Assembly: GCA_051011415.1 (NCBI GenBank)
Contig: JBPCTY010000047.1
Span: forward strand, 17,946 to 81,945
Length of the DNA: 64,000 nt
From: Acidimicrobiia bacterium
Lineage (GTDB): Bacteria > Actinomycetota > Acidimicrobiia > Spongiisociales > UBA5794
Direction of reading: 5' to 3'
Part shown: positions 1 through 9,511 of the stretch, piece after piece
Numbering within the stretch: position 1 is the first letter of the stretch
Layout: the number at the start of each line of letters is the position of its first letter
The notes under the pieces: generated by a model
The model's input: the letters and a program-made list of their open reading frames with translations, nothing else
Databases searched by the model: none
What the model was told of the DNA's origin: nothing
Made by a program: the position numbers and the translations under genes

Positions 1-2175
1 TTCGGCGATGCCAATCCCACCTGGCACCGGAACGAGTCCTGCGAGCAGGTTGGTAGCCACCGTCGCAACAAGACAGGTGACGAACGGGAGTGGCGTTCCG
101 ATTGCCTGGAGTACAAACCACAACACGATTGCCAGGACGATCCGCGATGCGAGGTTGCTCAAGAGGAGGCCGATGATCCTGCTTGGCGTCTTGACCACCC
201 CCATAAGCAGGTCCCACGCATCTTTCAGAACCGGTACTACCGCGTCGCGCAATCTCTGGATCCTGAAGATGGCATAGCCGATCCCAAAACAGAGAAAGAG
301 AACAATTGTGATGATCAATCCCCAGCGAAGCTCATCGAGATCCGTGTCAATGGAGAGATCTGCACTCAAGAGGGCGAGCAACAAGATGGTTGCCTCGACG
401 AAGAAGCCAGAGATGCCATCGATTGCGCCTTGGCTAACGGCGGTGGTTGTCGGAACCCCGTACTTCCGGAGAAAAGCGGCGTTCATCGCAACTCTTCCGG
501 CAGCACTCGGAATGGCCAAACCGATCCACTTCACCGATACCTGAAGTACAACGAGCGGTCGTAAGACGATGTCGTATCCGGTTGCGTATCGCATGCCTGT
601 CGCTTCGGGGACGAATACGAACTGCCCGATGAAGAAGCCCAAGATGATCAGTATCCATGTCGCGTTTCTCACGACATCCCAGACCGCTACGAAGTCGATC
701 TGTCCGAGCATCCCGATGAGGGCGTAGGCGGCGATAAGCGATAGCACCGGCTTGACAAGGTCTCCAGGCCTGACCCGTCGCAGCCGCTCTGGGGCAACTG
801 GCTCTGTTCCGGTCTGATCGACGACGGCAGCGGCGATCTCGCGGAGGATGAGCTTGGGATGCTTTACCGTCTGCTTCTGTGCGTGGCTGAGAGCTGGGAC
901 CTGGACATACGGAAGTGCAGCGATCACTTTCTCAGACCCGAGTCCGTTGACCGCAGCCGCTACCGAGGCTTCAGCCCCAAGGTCAACCGCTGTAGAGAAC
1001 AAGAGTGAAGCCACGTCGATATGGCGGAGCCGTTCGGTCGCATGAAGGTTTGCGGAGGCGAAATCAAGGAGTATGGCCCCCTCGTCTTCCTTGCCGAGGG
1101 CATGGGCGGTGAGATTTCCATGGGCGATCTCGGCTTCGTGGAGTGTCCCAACCATGCTCCAGGCCGCTGCTAGATCATCGGTGTCGTTGAGATCGACCAT
1201 TGAGCTTGGCGCTGTCGTAACGAGGACTGCCGTGTCCTCCCCCACGATGCCAACGGCGAGCACATCCATGGTGCCAACGCCGTTCCGGCGGGCAATCAGG
1301 GTTGATAGCGCTTCGTGCTCGACCCGCTCTCTGCGTCCAAACCCGTGGGAGCGTGGTTCGTCTCGATACCAGATGCTGCGCCACATGCGGTTGAGCAGCT
1401 GGGAGTCTGCAGCATCGCGGCCGAGCGCCTTGACACGAACCTCGGTTCCGTCCGTTGTTCTGGCATCGAGCGTGCGTCCGTCCCAGTTCTGATGGGCCGT
1501 CAGCGAGAGATCGGAGACATCGAGACCGACGTCTTTGAGATCCCGCATGAGCTCGTCATACGTCGGATATCCACCGGGGGATCCGAAGATGAGGAGTACG
1601 ACGCCCGCTGCGCCGACGCCGAGACCCATCGCACCGATTGCATCGCCGAGTGGTGCGTACTCCAGTCCGATTGTGGCAATGGTCGTCAGACCAACTATCC
1701 ACCACCCGAGCTTTGCCATTGGCTTGGCAAGCGACGGCGCCGTGACAGCTGCCACTGCCGAGACAAACACCAGCCGGACGGTCGGGAACCGAGAAAGCCC
1801 GTCGCCAAACTCGGGCAAGATGGCGGGCAGTTCCCCGTACAGCCGCTGATGGGTGAAGAGGATTACAACGAGAGCAATGGCAAGAGCCAGGCCCATGTCG
1901 CGCACGACATCGAGACGCGCCTTGCCCTTCACGCCAGCGAGGATTAGCAGGAACACGATCCACAGCAGCGCTGAGAAGAAGACGAAGCTGTAGACCTGAT
2001 CGAACCACTCGGGCACGCTCGTGAGCAAGTCCGTGATTGCGGTCTCAAGCGCAAGCAGCCGGTCGGCGCTGGACAATGCCCAAAGGAACACGAGTGTTCC
2101 GATAGCCACAACCATTGCATCGGAGGCCCGCCGGGCTCTCGGTTGATGCGGCGCGCCCGCAAAGTATCTGCTCAC
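1..2175 (-). CDS. Multidomain membrane protein, 3' end cut by the window edge: N-terminal TM segments, a protein-kinase-like (RIO/Kdo-kinase-like) middle domain, and a UPF0104/LPG_synthase_TM flippase-like C-terminal domain
   Basis: My own minus-strand translation is open from position 1 up to GTG 2175 (alternative starts GTG 2184 or ATG 2211). It is absent from the ORF track, probably because it has no stop inside the window. Kinase-like motifs are VRVKALGRD, EHEAL, AHGNL and LLDFASA. The last residues in the window, ...VPVPGGIGIAE, match the PGGIGIAE motif of the neighbouring paralog. Confidence 0.8.
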   Translation of the reverse strand, partial: MSRYFAGAPHQPRARRASDAMVVAIGTLVFLWALSSADRLLALETAITDLLTSVPEWFDQVYSFVFFSALLWIVFLLILAGVKGKARLDVVRDMGLALAIALVVILFTHQRLYGELPAILPEFGDGLSRFPTVRLVFVSAVAAVTAPSLAKPMAKLGWWIVGLTTIATIGLEYAPLGDAIGAMGLGVGAAGVVLLIFGSPGGYPTYDELMRDLKDVGLDVSDLSLTAHQNWDGRTLDARTTDGTEVRVKALGRDAADSQLLNRMWRSIWYRDEPRSHGFGRRERVEHEALSTLIARRNGVGTMDVLAVGIVGEDTAVLVTTAPSSMVDLNDTDDLAAAWSMVGTLHEAEIAHGNLTAHALGKEDEGAILLDFASANLHATERLRHIDVASLLFSTAVDLGAEASVAAAVNGLGSEKVIAALPYVQVPALSHAQKQTVKHPKLILREIAAAVVDQTGTEPVAPERLRRVRPGDLVKPVLSLIAAYALIGMLGQIDFVAVWDVVRNATWILIILGFFIGQFVFVPEATGMRYATGYDIVLRPLVVLQVSVKWIGLAIPSAAGRVAMNAAFLRKYGVPTTTAVSQGAIDGISGFFVEATILLLALLSADLSIDTDLDELRWGLIITIVLFLCFGIGYAIFRIQRLRDAVVPVLKDAWDLLMGVVKTPSRIIGLLLSNLASRIVLAIVLWFVLQAIGTPLPFVTCLVATVATNLLAGLVPVPGGIGIAE

Positions 2176-2237
2176 GGACGGCACCCTACCGTCCACCGCA
2201 CAGGGAAGCATTGCGTTGCAGTGGTTAGGGTCTGGGT

Positions 2238-3347
2238 ATGTCTGACGATTCGCAACAGCCTCCCGCATCGTTTGGAACGGCGCCAAAGGGAAGACTCTCA
2301 GCGAAAGATCGCAAACGGTCGATCATCCTCGTCGTTGTCGGACTCGTCATCGCCGGATTCATCTTCCTCGTCATCCTGCCTGAGGTCATCGACTACGAGG
2401 TCGTGTGGGAAACCATCAAGGCCCTTTCGCTGGCTCAACTGTTGATCCTGATCGCAGCGGGCTTGATCTATTACATACCCGAGGGCTGGCTGTACGCGGC
2501 GGTCATGCCAGGGATGTCGTTGTGGCAGGGGATAAAGGCGTGGGTTGCCTCGACAGGTGTGGGTACGACTGTGCCTGCCGTCGACCTCGTCGCCAGGTTT
2601 GGCATGTATCGGAGCTGGGGACACTCAATCGACGCATCGATGCGTGGTATCTTCCTCTCCGGGGCCTTTGACTGGGTCGTAAAATTCTCGCTGCCAGTCA
2701 TCGCCGTCATTGTGCTTGCCATCGGTGGAGTCGAGGGCCTCGAATTCTTGACCCTGATTGCGGTGATCGCAGGCGCGTTGCTGGTCCTGTGCGTCGGTGT
2801 ACTCGTCGGGCTGGTGCGGTCTGAGCGGTTCACGCATTGGGTTGCGGCCCGCGTTCAGAAGCTTGCGGACTGGGCCCTGGCGAAGCTCCGCCGCAACTCA
2901 ATGGTGGGGCTGTCAGACCGTGTGGTCTTCTTCCGCAATGACAGCGTGGATATTGCCCGAACCCGAGGTGTGTGGGCGTTCGTCGCATCGATTCTTGGGA
3001 AGCTGTGGCAGTACGTGATGCTCGTCATGGCGCTTCGTATGGTTGGGCTGGACGACAGCATTCTCTCGTTGCTTGAGATCTTCGTGGTGTGGGCGATCGT
3101 GTTGCTCATCACGATGATCCCGATCACGCCTGGCGGTATCGGGATCGCCGAGCTGTTCTACATCGGCCTCTTCACCCAGATCGCCGGAGAGGAGTACTCA
3201 AGCATCATTGGAGCCGGAGTGATGCTGTACCGGCTGATCCAGTGGGCGATGCCGATACCGATTGGATGGGCGGTCTTCCTCCGCTGGAAGCGCAAGGTCG
3301 ACCGAGGGGATCTCCCGGATCCGTTCAGTCTTTCGACTTCCGGCTAA
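2238..3347 (+). CDS. UPF0104 / lysylphosphatidylglycerol-synthase-TM-like (flippase-like) integral membrane protein
   Basis: 369-aa ORF that is polytopic and hydrophobic, with the ITPGGIGIAELFYIGLF motif typical of the family. It is divergent from a paralogous domain in the 1-2175 gene. Confidence 0.85.
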   Translation: MSDDSQQPPASFGTAPKGRLSAKDRKRSIILVVVGLVIAGFIFLVILPEVIDYEVVWETIKALSLAQLLILIAAGLIYYIPEGWLYAAVMPGMSLWQGIKAWVASTGVGTTVPAVDLVARFGMYRSWGHSIDASMRGIFLSGAFDWVVKFSLPVIAVIVLAIGGVEGLEFLTLIAVIAGALLVLCVGVLVGLVRSERFTHWVAARVQKLADWALAKLRRNSMVGLSDRVVFFRNDSVDIARTRGVWAFVASILGKLWQYVMLVMALRMVGLDDSILSLLEIFVVWAIVLLITMIPITPGGIGIAELFYIGLFTQIAGEEYSSIIGAGVMLYRLIQWAMPIPIGWAVFLRWKRKVDRGDLPDPFSLSTSG

Positions 3348-4527
3348 GAGACGGACGCCACTTGGAACCGCTCGAGTCTGCATCGCCGGGTCGAGCCTCG
3401 TGCTTGTCGTACTCGAACTCGTAGACCACGTCGTTGTGCTGGACGAAGTTGCCGACAAACGCAGTGATGAGGGCGGCGACTGGAAGCGCGACAAATGCGC
3501 CGATCGGTCCACCGATGGCTCCTCCAGCTAGGGCAGCTCCAAACGCGACGGCCCCGTTGAGTGTCATGGTGTCGGAGGAGATCTTCGGACTCAGCCAATA
3601 GTTCTCGATCTGCTGATACGCAATGGCATACCCCAGAACGATCAGGGCACCGACCCAGCCCGAGACAACCAGCGTGACCAGGATCGGCACAGCCGAACCG
3701 AGATACGTGCCGATCGCGGGAATGAATGCTGCAACAAAGCCGCCAAAGAGGGCAAGTGCCACTGAGGCTCCAACCGGAACGCCCACCAACACCATGGTGA
3801 AGAAGAAGCCCGTTGCGTTGATCATCATCAGGATGAATCGTGAGTAGAAGTAGCCGCCTGTTTGGACAATGGCCTGATCCCAGGTCCAGCCAACCCTTGC
3901 CTGCTCGTCCTCGTCGAGCAGGCTCAACACTGTTCGCTGGAAGCGTGGTGCATCTGCGGTGAAGTAGAACGTGAACATAGCGATCGTCGCCATGTCGAAG
4001 ATGAGGCCGATGCCAGACGTGGCGATCCCAAGGATGTTGCCCGCAGCACCCTGCAGCCACGCCAGGATCTCGTCTTCGATATCGGTCGCCACATCGCCGT
4101 CGAAGCCGCCCTCAGGAATCTCGAATCCAAACGTTTCATTCAGCCACGTTCCAAAGCCCTGAATCCACTCAGACCCGCTCTCGCCGATGGCGCCTGCCAA
4201 AGCGGCAATCGCTGGAATGAGCACCAGGACCAGCACGATGAAGCCGATCATGCCTGCGAGATAGATGACCCCGACCGCTGATCCGCGTTTCCAGTCCCAG
4301 CGGTGCACGATCCGCATGACCAGCGGTTGCAGAGCGAGGCTCAGGAAGAAGGAAAAGGCGACCAGAGCGATCAAGTGACGTGCCTGACCCATCATCCATA
4401 GCGTTGCGAGTGTGATGAGCACCGCACCGATGATCTTCCAGATCGCATCCCCGCTGATCGTGACCTGAACGTTCCGACGGTCCTCCGACTCGGTGTCGGG
4501 CGGGGGCGGTGTCGCTGAATCGCTCAT
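3325..4527 (-). CDS. AI-2E family transporter (PerM/UPF0118)
   Basis: Track ORF 3325-4707 trimmed to internal ATG 4527 (MSDSATPPP...), because the upstream 60 codons are Ser/Arg-rich and run into the divergent regulator gene. Family motif YQQIENYWLSPKI and about 8 TM segments. Confidence 0.85.
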   Translation of the reverse strand: MSDSATPPPPDTESEDRRNVQVTISGDAIWKIIGAVLITLATLWMMGQARHLIALVAFSFFLSLALQPLVMRIVHRWDWKRGSAVGVIYLAGMIGFIVLVLVLIPAIAALAGAIGESGSEWIQGFGTWLNETFGFEIPEGGFDGDVATDIEDEILAWLQGAAGNILGIATSGIGLIFDMATIAMFTFYFTADAPRFQRTVLSLLDEDEQARVGWTWDQAIVQTGGYFYSRFILMMINATGFFFTMVLVGVPVGASVALALFGGFVAAFIPAIGTYLGSAVPILVTLVVSGWVGALIVLGYAIAYQQIENYWLSPKISSDTMTLNGAVAFGAALAGGAIGGPIGAFVALPVAALITAFVGNFVQHNDVVYEFEYDKHEARPGDADSSGSKWRPSLSRKSKD

Positions 4528-4636
4528 GCGCACAATGTAGCGATGCTCAGGGCTGCACGCTGATCTCTGCGTTCTGGACCTATGAACTCTTTGGGAACAG
4601 GCGTGGGTCGTGAGGCCTCGGGCGTAGCATGCGTGG

Positions 4637-5332
4637 ATGCCTGAGAACGATCGCGAATTGGTGCTCGTCGTCGACGACGAACCGATGGTGCGTGAGGTGG
4701 TTTGCACCTACCTCGACCGTGAGGGATATGCGACCGTCGAGGCGACCGACGGGATGCAGGCGCTCGAGTTGATGCGCGACAAGAGTCCGGACCTCATCTT
4801 GCTCGACGTGATGCTGCCAAAGCTCGACGGATACTCCGTGCTCAGCCAGCTGCGAGAGCACACCGACGTTCCCGTGATCATGCTGACCGCCCGAGATGCA
4901 GAGGTGGACCGCGTGCTCGGGCTGGAGCTCGGAGCCGACGACTACGTCGTGAAGCCGTTCTCTCCTCGTGAACTCGCTGCGCGCGTCCGATCGGTTCTTA
5001 GGCGAACATCTCGCCCCGCGCCTGACCCAGTGATTCTCGAGTATGGCGACCTGCAGATTGATGGGGGTGCCAGGCAGGTGTCGCTCAACGGGGAGGGCAT
5101 TGACATGCCGCCGATGGAGTTTGATTTGCTCTTCTACCTCGCTTCGGATCCCCGCAGAGTGTTTTCCCGGTCGGAGCTACTCGATGAGGTGTGGGGGTCC
5201 CAACCCGATTGGCAGGATCCTTCGACGGTGACCGTGCATGTGCGGCGGATCCGACAAAAGATCGAGATTGACCCGGACGATCCACAACGGCTGCTGACCG
5301 TGTGGGGCCGCGGGTATCGGTTCGAACCATGA
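4637..5332 (+). CDS. OmpR-family two-component response regulator
   Basis: Receiver domain (VLVVDDEP...DLILLDVMLPKLDG) plus a winged-helix C-terminus (...VWGRGYRF). Confidence 0.93.
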   Translation: MPENDRELVLVVDDEPMVREVVCTYLDREGYATVEATDGMQALELMRDKSPDLILLDVMLPKLDGYSVLSQLREHTDVPVIMLTARDAEVDRVLGLELGADDYVVKPFSPRELAARVRSVLRRTSRPAPDPVILEYGDLQIDGGARQVSLNGEGIDMPPMEFDLLFYLASDPRRVFSRSELLDEVWGSQPDWQDPSTVTVHVRRIRQKIEIDPDDPQRLLTVWGRGYRFEP

Positions 5333-6519
5333 GGCTGGTGCTGGGTGCGGTCGCTCTTGTCCTGGTCGGTCTGGCGATCTTCGAATTCTCGATGCAACCG
5401 TCGGGTGCAGAACGTGCGGAACTCGCACTGATCTTCATCGTAATGGCGACAATCACAGGGCTGGCAGCCCTTTTCCTACCGATGATGGCTGGCCGCAACA
5501 AGCGCTTGGTTGCGACGCTCTTCACCTTGGCGCTTGTGTCCGTTGGGATTGCGGTAGTCGGACTCGTGATCGCAGCCAGTCGCATGTTCTTCTCGGAGCA
5601 TGATCTCGCCCTTCTCCTGGTGGTCCTCGGCTTCGGTCTGCTCGCGGCACTCGGTTTCGCGGCATCGGCAAGTCGTTCACTCACTGGCGACCTCAAAGAC
5701 ATGGCACGGACCGCTCACGATGTCGCTGCTGGGGACTTCTCCGCCCGGACAAGTGTCGACCGAAGGGACGAGGTCGGCGATCTCGCTAGAGACCTCGATG
5801 CGATGGCTGAGAAGCTCGAAGCCTCGGCAGCGGAAACCGATCTGGAGAACACGCGGCGGAGAGCATTCTTTGCCGCTGTGTCACACGATCTGCGAACACC
5901 ATTGTCCTCCATGCAGGCTGCGGTAGAGGCGCTGCGAGACGGAGTCGCACCGGATCCGGACCGGTACTTTCAGTCGCTTGAGAGCGACCTGTCTGCGCTC
6001 AACTCGCTTGTGGATGACCTCTTCTTGCTATCGAGGCTGGAGTCTGGTGATGTATTCGTCGACGTTGCGCCAACAGATCTCAGCGACGTCGCTGATGAAG
6101 CCCTTGAGGTGCTGCGACCTGTCGCACACCGCAAGGACCTTCATCTGGAGCTGGTTGCCGAGCGCCGGGTCGTCCTCCAGACAGGCTCGGATGCGGTTGG
6201 CAGAGTCATTCGCAACCTTCTTGAGAACGCGATTCGGCATGCCCCGGCTGCATCGACCGTCCAGGTGACTGTCGATGGGGGAGACCCTGCGGTCGTTACG
6301 GTCCACGACGAAGGGGAAGGATTCCCACCGGACTTCATTGACAAGGCGTTCGATTCGTTCACCCGTACCGACGAAGCGCGAACTCGGGCGGCGGGTGGAG
6401 CGGGCTTGGGCCTTGCGATCGCAAAGGGATATGTGGACGCTCTCGACGGAAGCATCTGGGCTGAGCCCGGACCGGGCGGGACCGTTGCTTTCAGCATTCC
6501 GTCCGGAGCGGCTTCATAG
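5329..6519 (+). CDS. Sensor histidine kinase (2 TM, HAMP, HisKA, HATPase_c)
   Basis: Start set to ATG 5329, which overlaps the regulator stop as ATGA. H-box FFAAVSHDLRTPL. N and G boxes (NLLENAIRHAP, GGAGLGLAIAKG). Confidence 0.92.
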   Translation: MRLVLGAVALVLVGLAIFEFSMQPSGAERAELALIFIVMATITGLAALFLPMMAGRNKRLVATLFTLALVSVGIAVVGLVIAASRMFFSEHDLALLLVVLGFGLLAALGFAASASRSLTGDLKDMARTAHDVAAGDFSARTSVDRRDEVGDLARDLDAMAEKLEASAAETDLENTRRRAFFAAVSHDLRTPLSSMQAAVEALRDGVAPDPDRYFQSLESDLSALNSLVDDLFLLSRLESGDVFVDVAPTDLSDVADEALEVLRPVAHRKDLHLELVAERRVVLQTGSDAVGRVIRNLLENAIRHAPAASTVQVTVDGGDPAVVTVHDEGEGFPPDFIDKAFDSFTRTDEARTRAAGGAGLGLAIAKGYVDALDGSIWAEPGPGGTVAFSIPSGAAS

Positions 6520-7341
6520 AGCCAGAAGCGCGACCGCCAGCAGTGCAAACACGATGCCGACGACCTGCACAGGTCTCGGTCTTTCCCTGATCACAGCGAT
6601 TGCTGCAATGACCGTGAATGCCGGGTACAGGGACACGATCACCGTGTTGAGACCGAGCGGTCCGGTTTGCAGCGCAAGAAGAATCGCAATGTTTGCACCC
6701 ATGTCGAATGCACCGGCGACCGCGACGGGAACCGCCGGCCTTCCTCGAGGCACTGCAACCACACCGAGTCTCCATGCTGCGAAGAATGCGATCGGCAGGC
6801 TGGCAAGCCGCGCACCGACGAGAGGTACGAGCCCCGAGTCGGTGGAAGTTTGACCAAGCACAACAAAGAAGGTGGCGAAGGCAAACGCAGCAAGCAGTGT
6901 GTGGCCGATGACCGACTTCGAAACGGGTCCGGATTGTGGCGTTGCCACCACAAGGACAATCGCGACAAGGGCAGCTGCGATGCCAACCCACTGCGGGGTC
7001 GTCAGGGATTCACCCTGAAGAAGACCGATCGTGAGAGGGATGACGGCAGTAAGCGTCGCCGTCATCGGTGACACGATGGACATCGTTCCCTCGGCAAGGG
7101 CGCGGTAGAGGGCGTACACGCCAACGACTCCTGCGAGCCCAGCGATCGATCCAAAGACCAAGTCTGATGTCGTGACCCCGGTCCATCCAACGATCACGAT
7201 GGCTGGGAGCAACAAGAGGGAGCCGATGAGCTGGCTCCATGCGACGACCCTCCACGGGGCGAAGTGGCGCGAAGCGAGGCCGCCGGAGAAATCGGCAACC
7301 CCGTAGAGCATTGCTGATGCGAGTGCGTATAACTGGCTCAC
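6514..7341 (-). CDS. EamA/DMT-family transporter
   Basis: The C-terminal 275 codons of track ORF 6514-7959 are a 10-TM DMT protein (VSQLYALASAMLYGVADFSGGLASR...). The upstream part of that ORF is antisense to the MFS gene and looks non-coding. Start is GTG 7341, with ATG 7311 as an alternative. Confidence 0.8.
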   Translation of the reverse strand: MSQLYALASAMLYGVADFSGGLASRHFAPWRVVAWSQLIGSLLLLPAIVIVGWTGVTTSDLVFGSIAGLAGVVGVYALYRALAEGTMSIVSPMTATLTAVIPLTIGLLQGESLTTPQWVGIAAALVAIVLVVATPQSGPVSKSVIGHTLLAAFAFATFFVVLGQTSTDSGLVPLVGARLASLPIAFFAAWRLGVVAVPRGRPAVPVAVAGAFDMGANIAILLALQTGPLGLNTVIVSLYPAFTVIAAIAVIRERPRPVQVVGIVFALLAVALLAL

Positions 7342-7429
7342 GGCGCCCGAGCGTATCTGAGAGGCATCACTGGTGGCAGCGTGAGCACCCGTTCGCCCGG
7401 TTGTGTTCTGGCTGGACCAAGATGAAGGC

Positions 7430-8590
7430 ATGACCCCGCTTCGCCGATCTCTCGCCGTGCTGTTGTACGGGTTTGCGTTGCTCGGCATGCCTGGCGCTGC
7501 GCTCGGCGTGGCATGGCCATCGATGGCCGACGACCTTGCGCGAGACCTCGGTGACCTCGGTGTGCTCACGCTGCTGACCGGTATTTCGTACGCGCTCGTG
7601 AGCCTTGTGAGCGGCTCGCTGACAAAGCGTGTTCCTGCGGGTCGACTGCTGGTGCTTGCCGCTGTTCTCGCAACGGTCGGTCTGGTCGGATATGCCGCTG
7701 CAAACTCGTTCATCGTCTTGGCGATCGCGGCGATTCCGATCGGAATCGCAGGTGGCACGGTTGATGCAATAGGGAACGCCCACGTGGCGGTTCGGCACGG
7801 TTCGCGGGCGATGGGATTTATCCATGCGTCGTTCGGTTTTGGGGCGATGCTTGCCCCACTCATGATGACGGCGCTTGCCGCGATTGGAGCTGCGTGGAGA
7901 GTTGGTTTTGCCCTCCTTGCCGTTGCCCAGATCGTGCTTGCGGTTGGTTTCTTGATCACTCGTGAGGCATACCGGATGCCGATGGAGGGCCGGAAGGAAA
8001 GACCCGAACGAACGGGCTCCTATCGCCTGCTTGGTCTCTCCGTCTGGACGTTCTTTGTGTATGCAGGCGTCGAGGGCTCGACGGGTTTCTGGGCGTTCAC
8101 GCTCCTTAGCGAGGGGCAGGGTGTGAACGCTACGGTCGCCGGTCTCGCCGTCGCTGCACACTGGGGAGCGCTGTTTGCTTCCCGTCTGGCACTTGGTGTC
8201 GTAGGGGATCGAGTACCTGCGGATGTGACCGTGACGCTTTCTGGGATCTTTCTCGTCGTCGGTCTTGGGGCGATGTGGTGGAATCCGTCTGCCATCGTTT
8301 CCATTGGAGGCCTCGTCGTCGCCGGGTTTGCCAGCGGACCGGTGTTCCCGCTCGAAGTAATCCTGACAACTCCGAGGTTCGGGGAACAGTTCACGCCGTG
8401 GGCCGTCGGATATCAGCTTGCCGCTGCGACGACGGCGATCGCGTTCGTACCAGCGATCATCGGCATGCTGGTCAATTCCTTTGGCCCCTTGGTGATCGCC
8501 CCGGCCCTAGTGATACTCGCGATTGCCACGTGGGCGAGTCTCGAGACGCTTCGCGTCGCAGGTGCAAGGGAGCGCTTTGTCCACGTGTGA
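7430..8590 (+). CDS. MFS transporter
   Basis: 12-TM-like hydrophobic profile. ATG 7430 is preceded by GAAGG, and the track start GTG 7403 is also possible. Confidence 0.8.
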   Translation: MTPLRRSLAVLLYGFALLGMPGAALGVAWPSMADDLARDLGDLGVLTLLTGISYALVSLVSGSLTKRVPAGRLLVLAAVLATVGLVGYAAANSFIVLAIAAIPIGIAGGTVDAIGNAHVAVRHGSRAMGFIHASFGFGAMLAPLMMTALAAIGAAWRVGFALLAVAQIVLAVGFLITREAYRMPMEGRKERPERTGSYRLLGLSVWTFFVYAGVEGSTGFWAFTLLSEGQGVNATVAGLAVAAHWGALFASRLALGVVGDRVPADVTVTLSGIFLVVGLGAMWWNPSAIVSIGGLVVAGFASGPVFPLEVILTTPRFGEQFTPWAVGYQLAAATTAIAFVPAIIGMLVNSFGPLVIAPALVILAIATWASLETLRVAGARERFVHV

Positions 8591-8629
8591 CCTTCGGGAG
8601 GCTGGGGCGCCACCTACGCTCACGCTGAG

Positions 8630-9466
8630 ATGAGCCCCGAAGAACTCGTTCTCATTGCAGCCTCAGTGCTTCTGATCGGGAGCGCAGACGTGTTCGGTGG
8701 CTTTGCGTCGCGAACCTCCGCCCCCCTCGCGGTAACGGCATGGTCGCAAGCGGCAGGAATACCTGTCGTGATAATTGCAGCTGTGGCGGTTGGCGGTGAA
8801 CTCATCGGTCGCGACCTCGCACTCGGCTTCGCTGCGGGGTTCGGATCGGCTCTCGGCGTCGCAGCGTTGTATCGAGGCTTCTCCGTCAGCAGTGTTGGAA
8901 TCGTTGCACCGGTCGCCGCCACTACAGCTGCAGCCGTTCCCATTGTCGTCGGGTTCATCTCTGGCGAGCGTCCCTCCACGATGGTGGCGATAGGGATTCT
9001 CGTTGCGATTCTTGCGATCTTCGCAGTGAGCTACGTACCAGGTCAGAACGTACACGCTCTGGTTGCCGTTGGCCACGGCGTTGCATCCGGCCTCGGATTC
9101 GGGTTCATGGTGTTCGCCTATGCCGCGACATCATCCGACTCTGGCCTGTGGAGCCTCGTGGTTGGAAGGACGACGGCTTCTGTTGTCCCCGCGATTGCAC
9201 TCATTGTCCTGGGGGTGAGCTGGAAGATCGCTCGCTCCGCCCGTCTTGCGACCGCCCTTGCGGGCGTGCTTGCCTCGCTTGGGCTTGCCGCCTTCGTTGC
9301 GGCTTCACAGACGACGGATCTGATCCTTTTGGGTGTCGCCCTTGGCCTTTTCCCCACAACCACGGTGATCCTCGCCGCGGTGTTCCTCAAGGACAAGCTT
9401 GTGTGGTCGCAGTGGTTCGGGATCGCCGGTGCAACGGTCGCGGTCGCTCTGATCAGTATCGGCTAG
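8630..9466 (+). CDS. EamA/DMT-family transporter (paralog of 6514-7341)
   Basis: 278 aa. The N-terminus, ...GSADVFGGFASRTSAPLAVTAWSQ, aligns with ...GVADFSGGLASRHFAPWRVVAWSQ of the other copy. Confidence 0.82.
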   Translation: MSPEELVLIAASVLLIGSADVFGGFASRTSAPLAVTAWSQAAGIPVVIIAAVAVGGELIGRDLALGFAAGFGSALGVAALYRGFSVSSVGIVAPVAATTAAAVPIVVGFISGERPSTMVAIGILVAILAIFAVSYVPGQNVHALVAVGHGVASGLGFGFMVFAYAATSSDSGLWSLVVGRTTASVVPAIALIVLGVSWKIARSARLATALAGVLASLGLAAFVAASQTTDLILLGVALGLFPTTTVILAAVFLKDKLVWSQWFGIAGATVAVALISIG

Positions 9467-9511
9467 CTGGGTTCGTCGGTCCGGCTCGTCGTCGTCGCTA
9501 GGTTCACAACG

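Noticed and set aside
6514-7959. 481-aa ORF read as one protein
   Set aside because: Only the C-terminal 275 codons or so look like an EamA transporter. The N-terminal 206 codons are Ala/Arg/Ser/Pro-rich, lie antisense to the MFS gene, and have no membrane or domain character. The gene was trimmed to GTG 7341.
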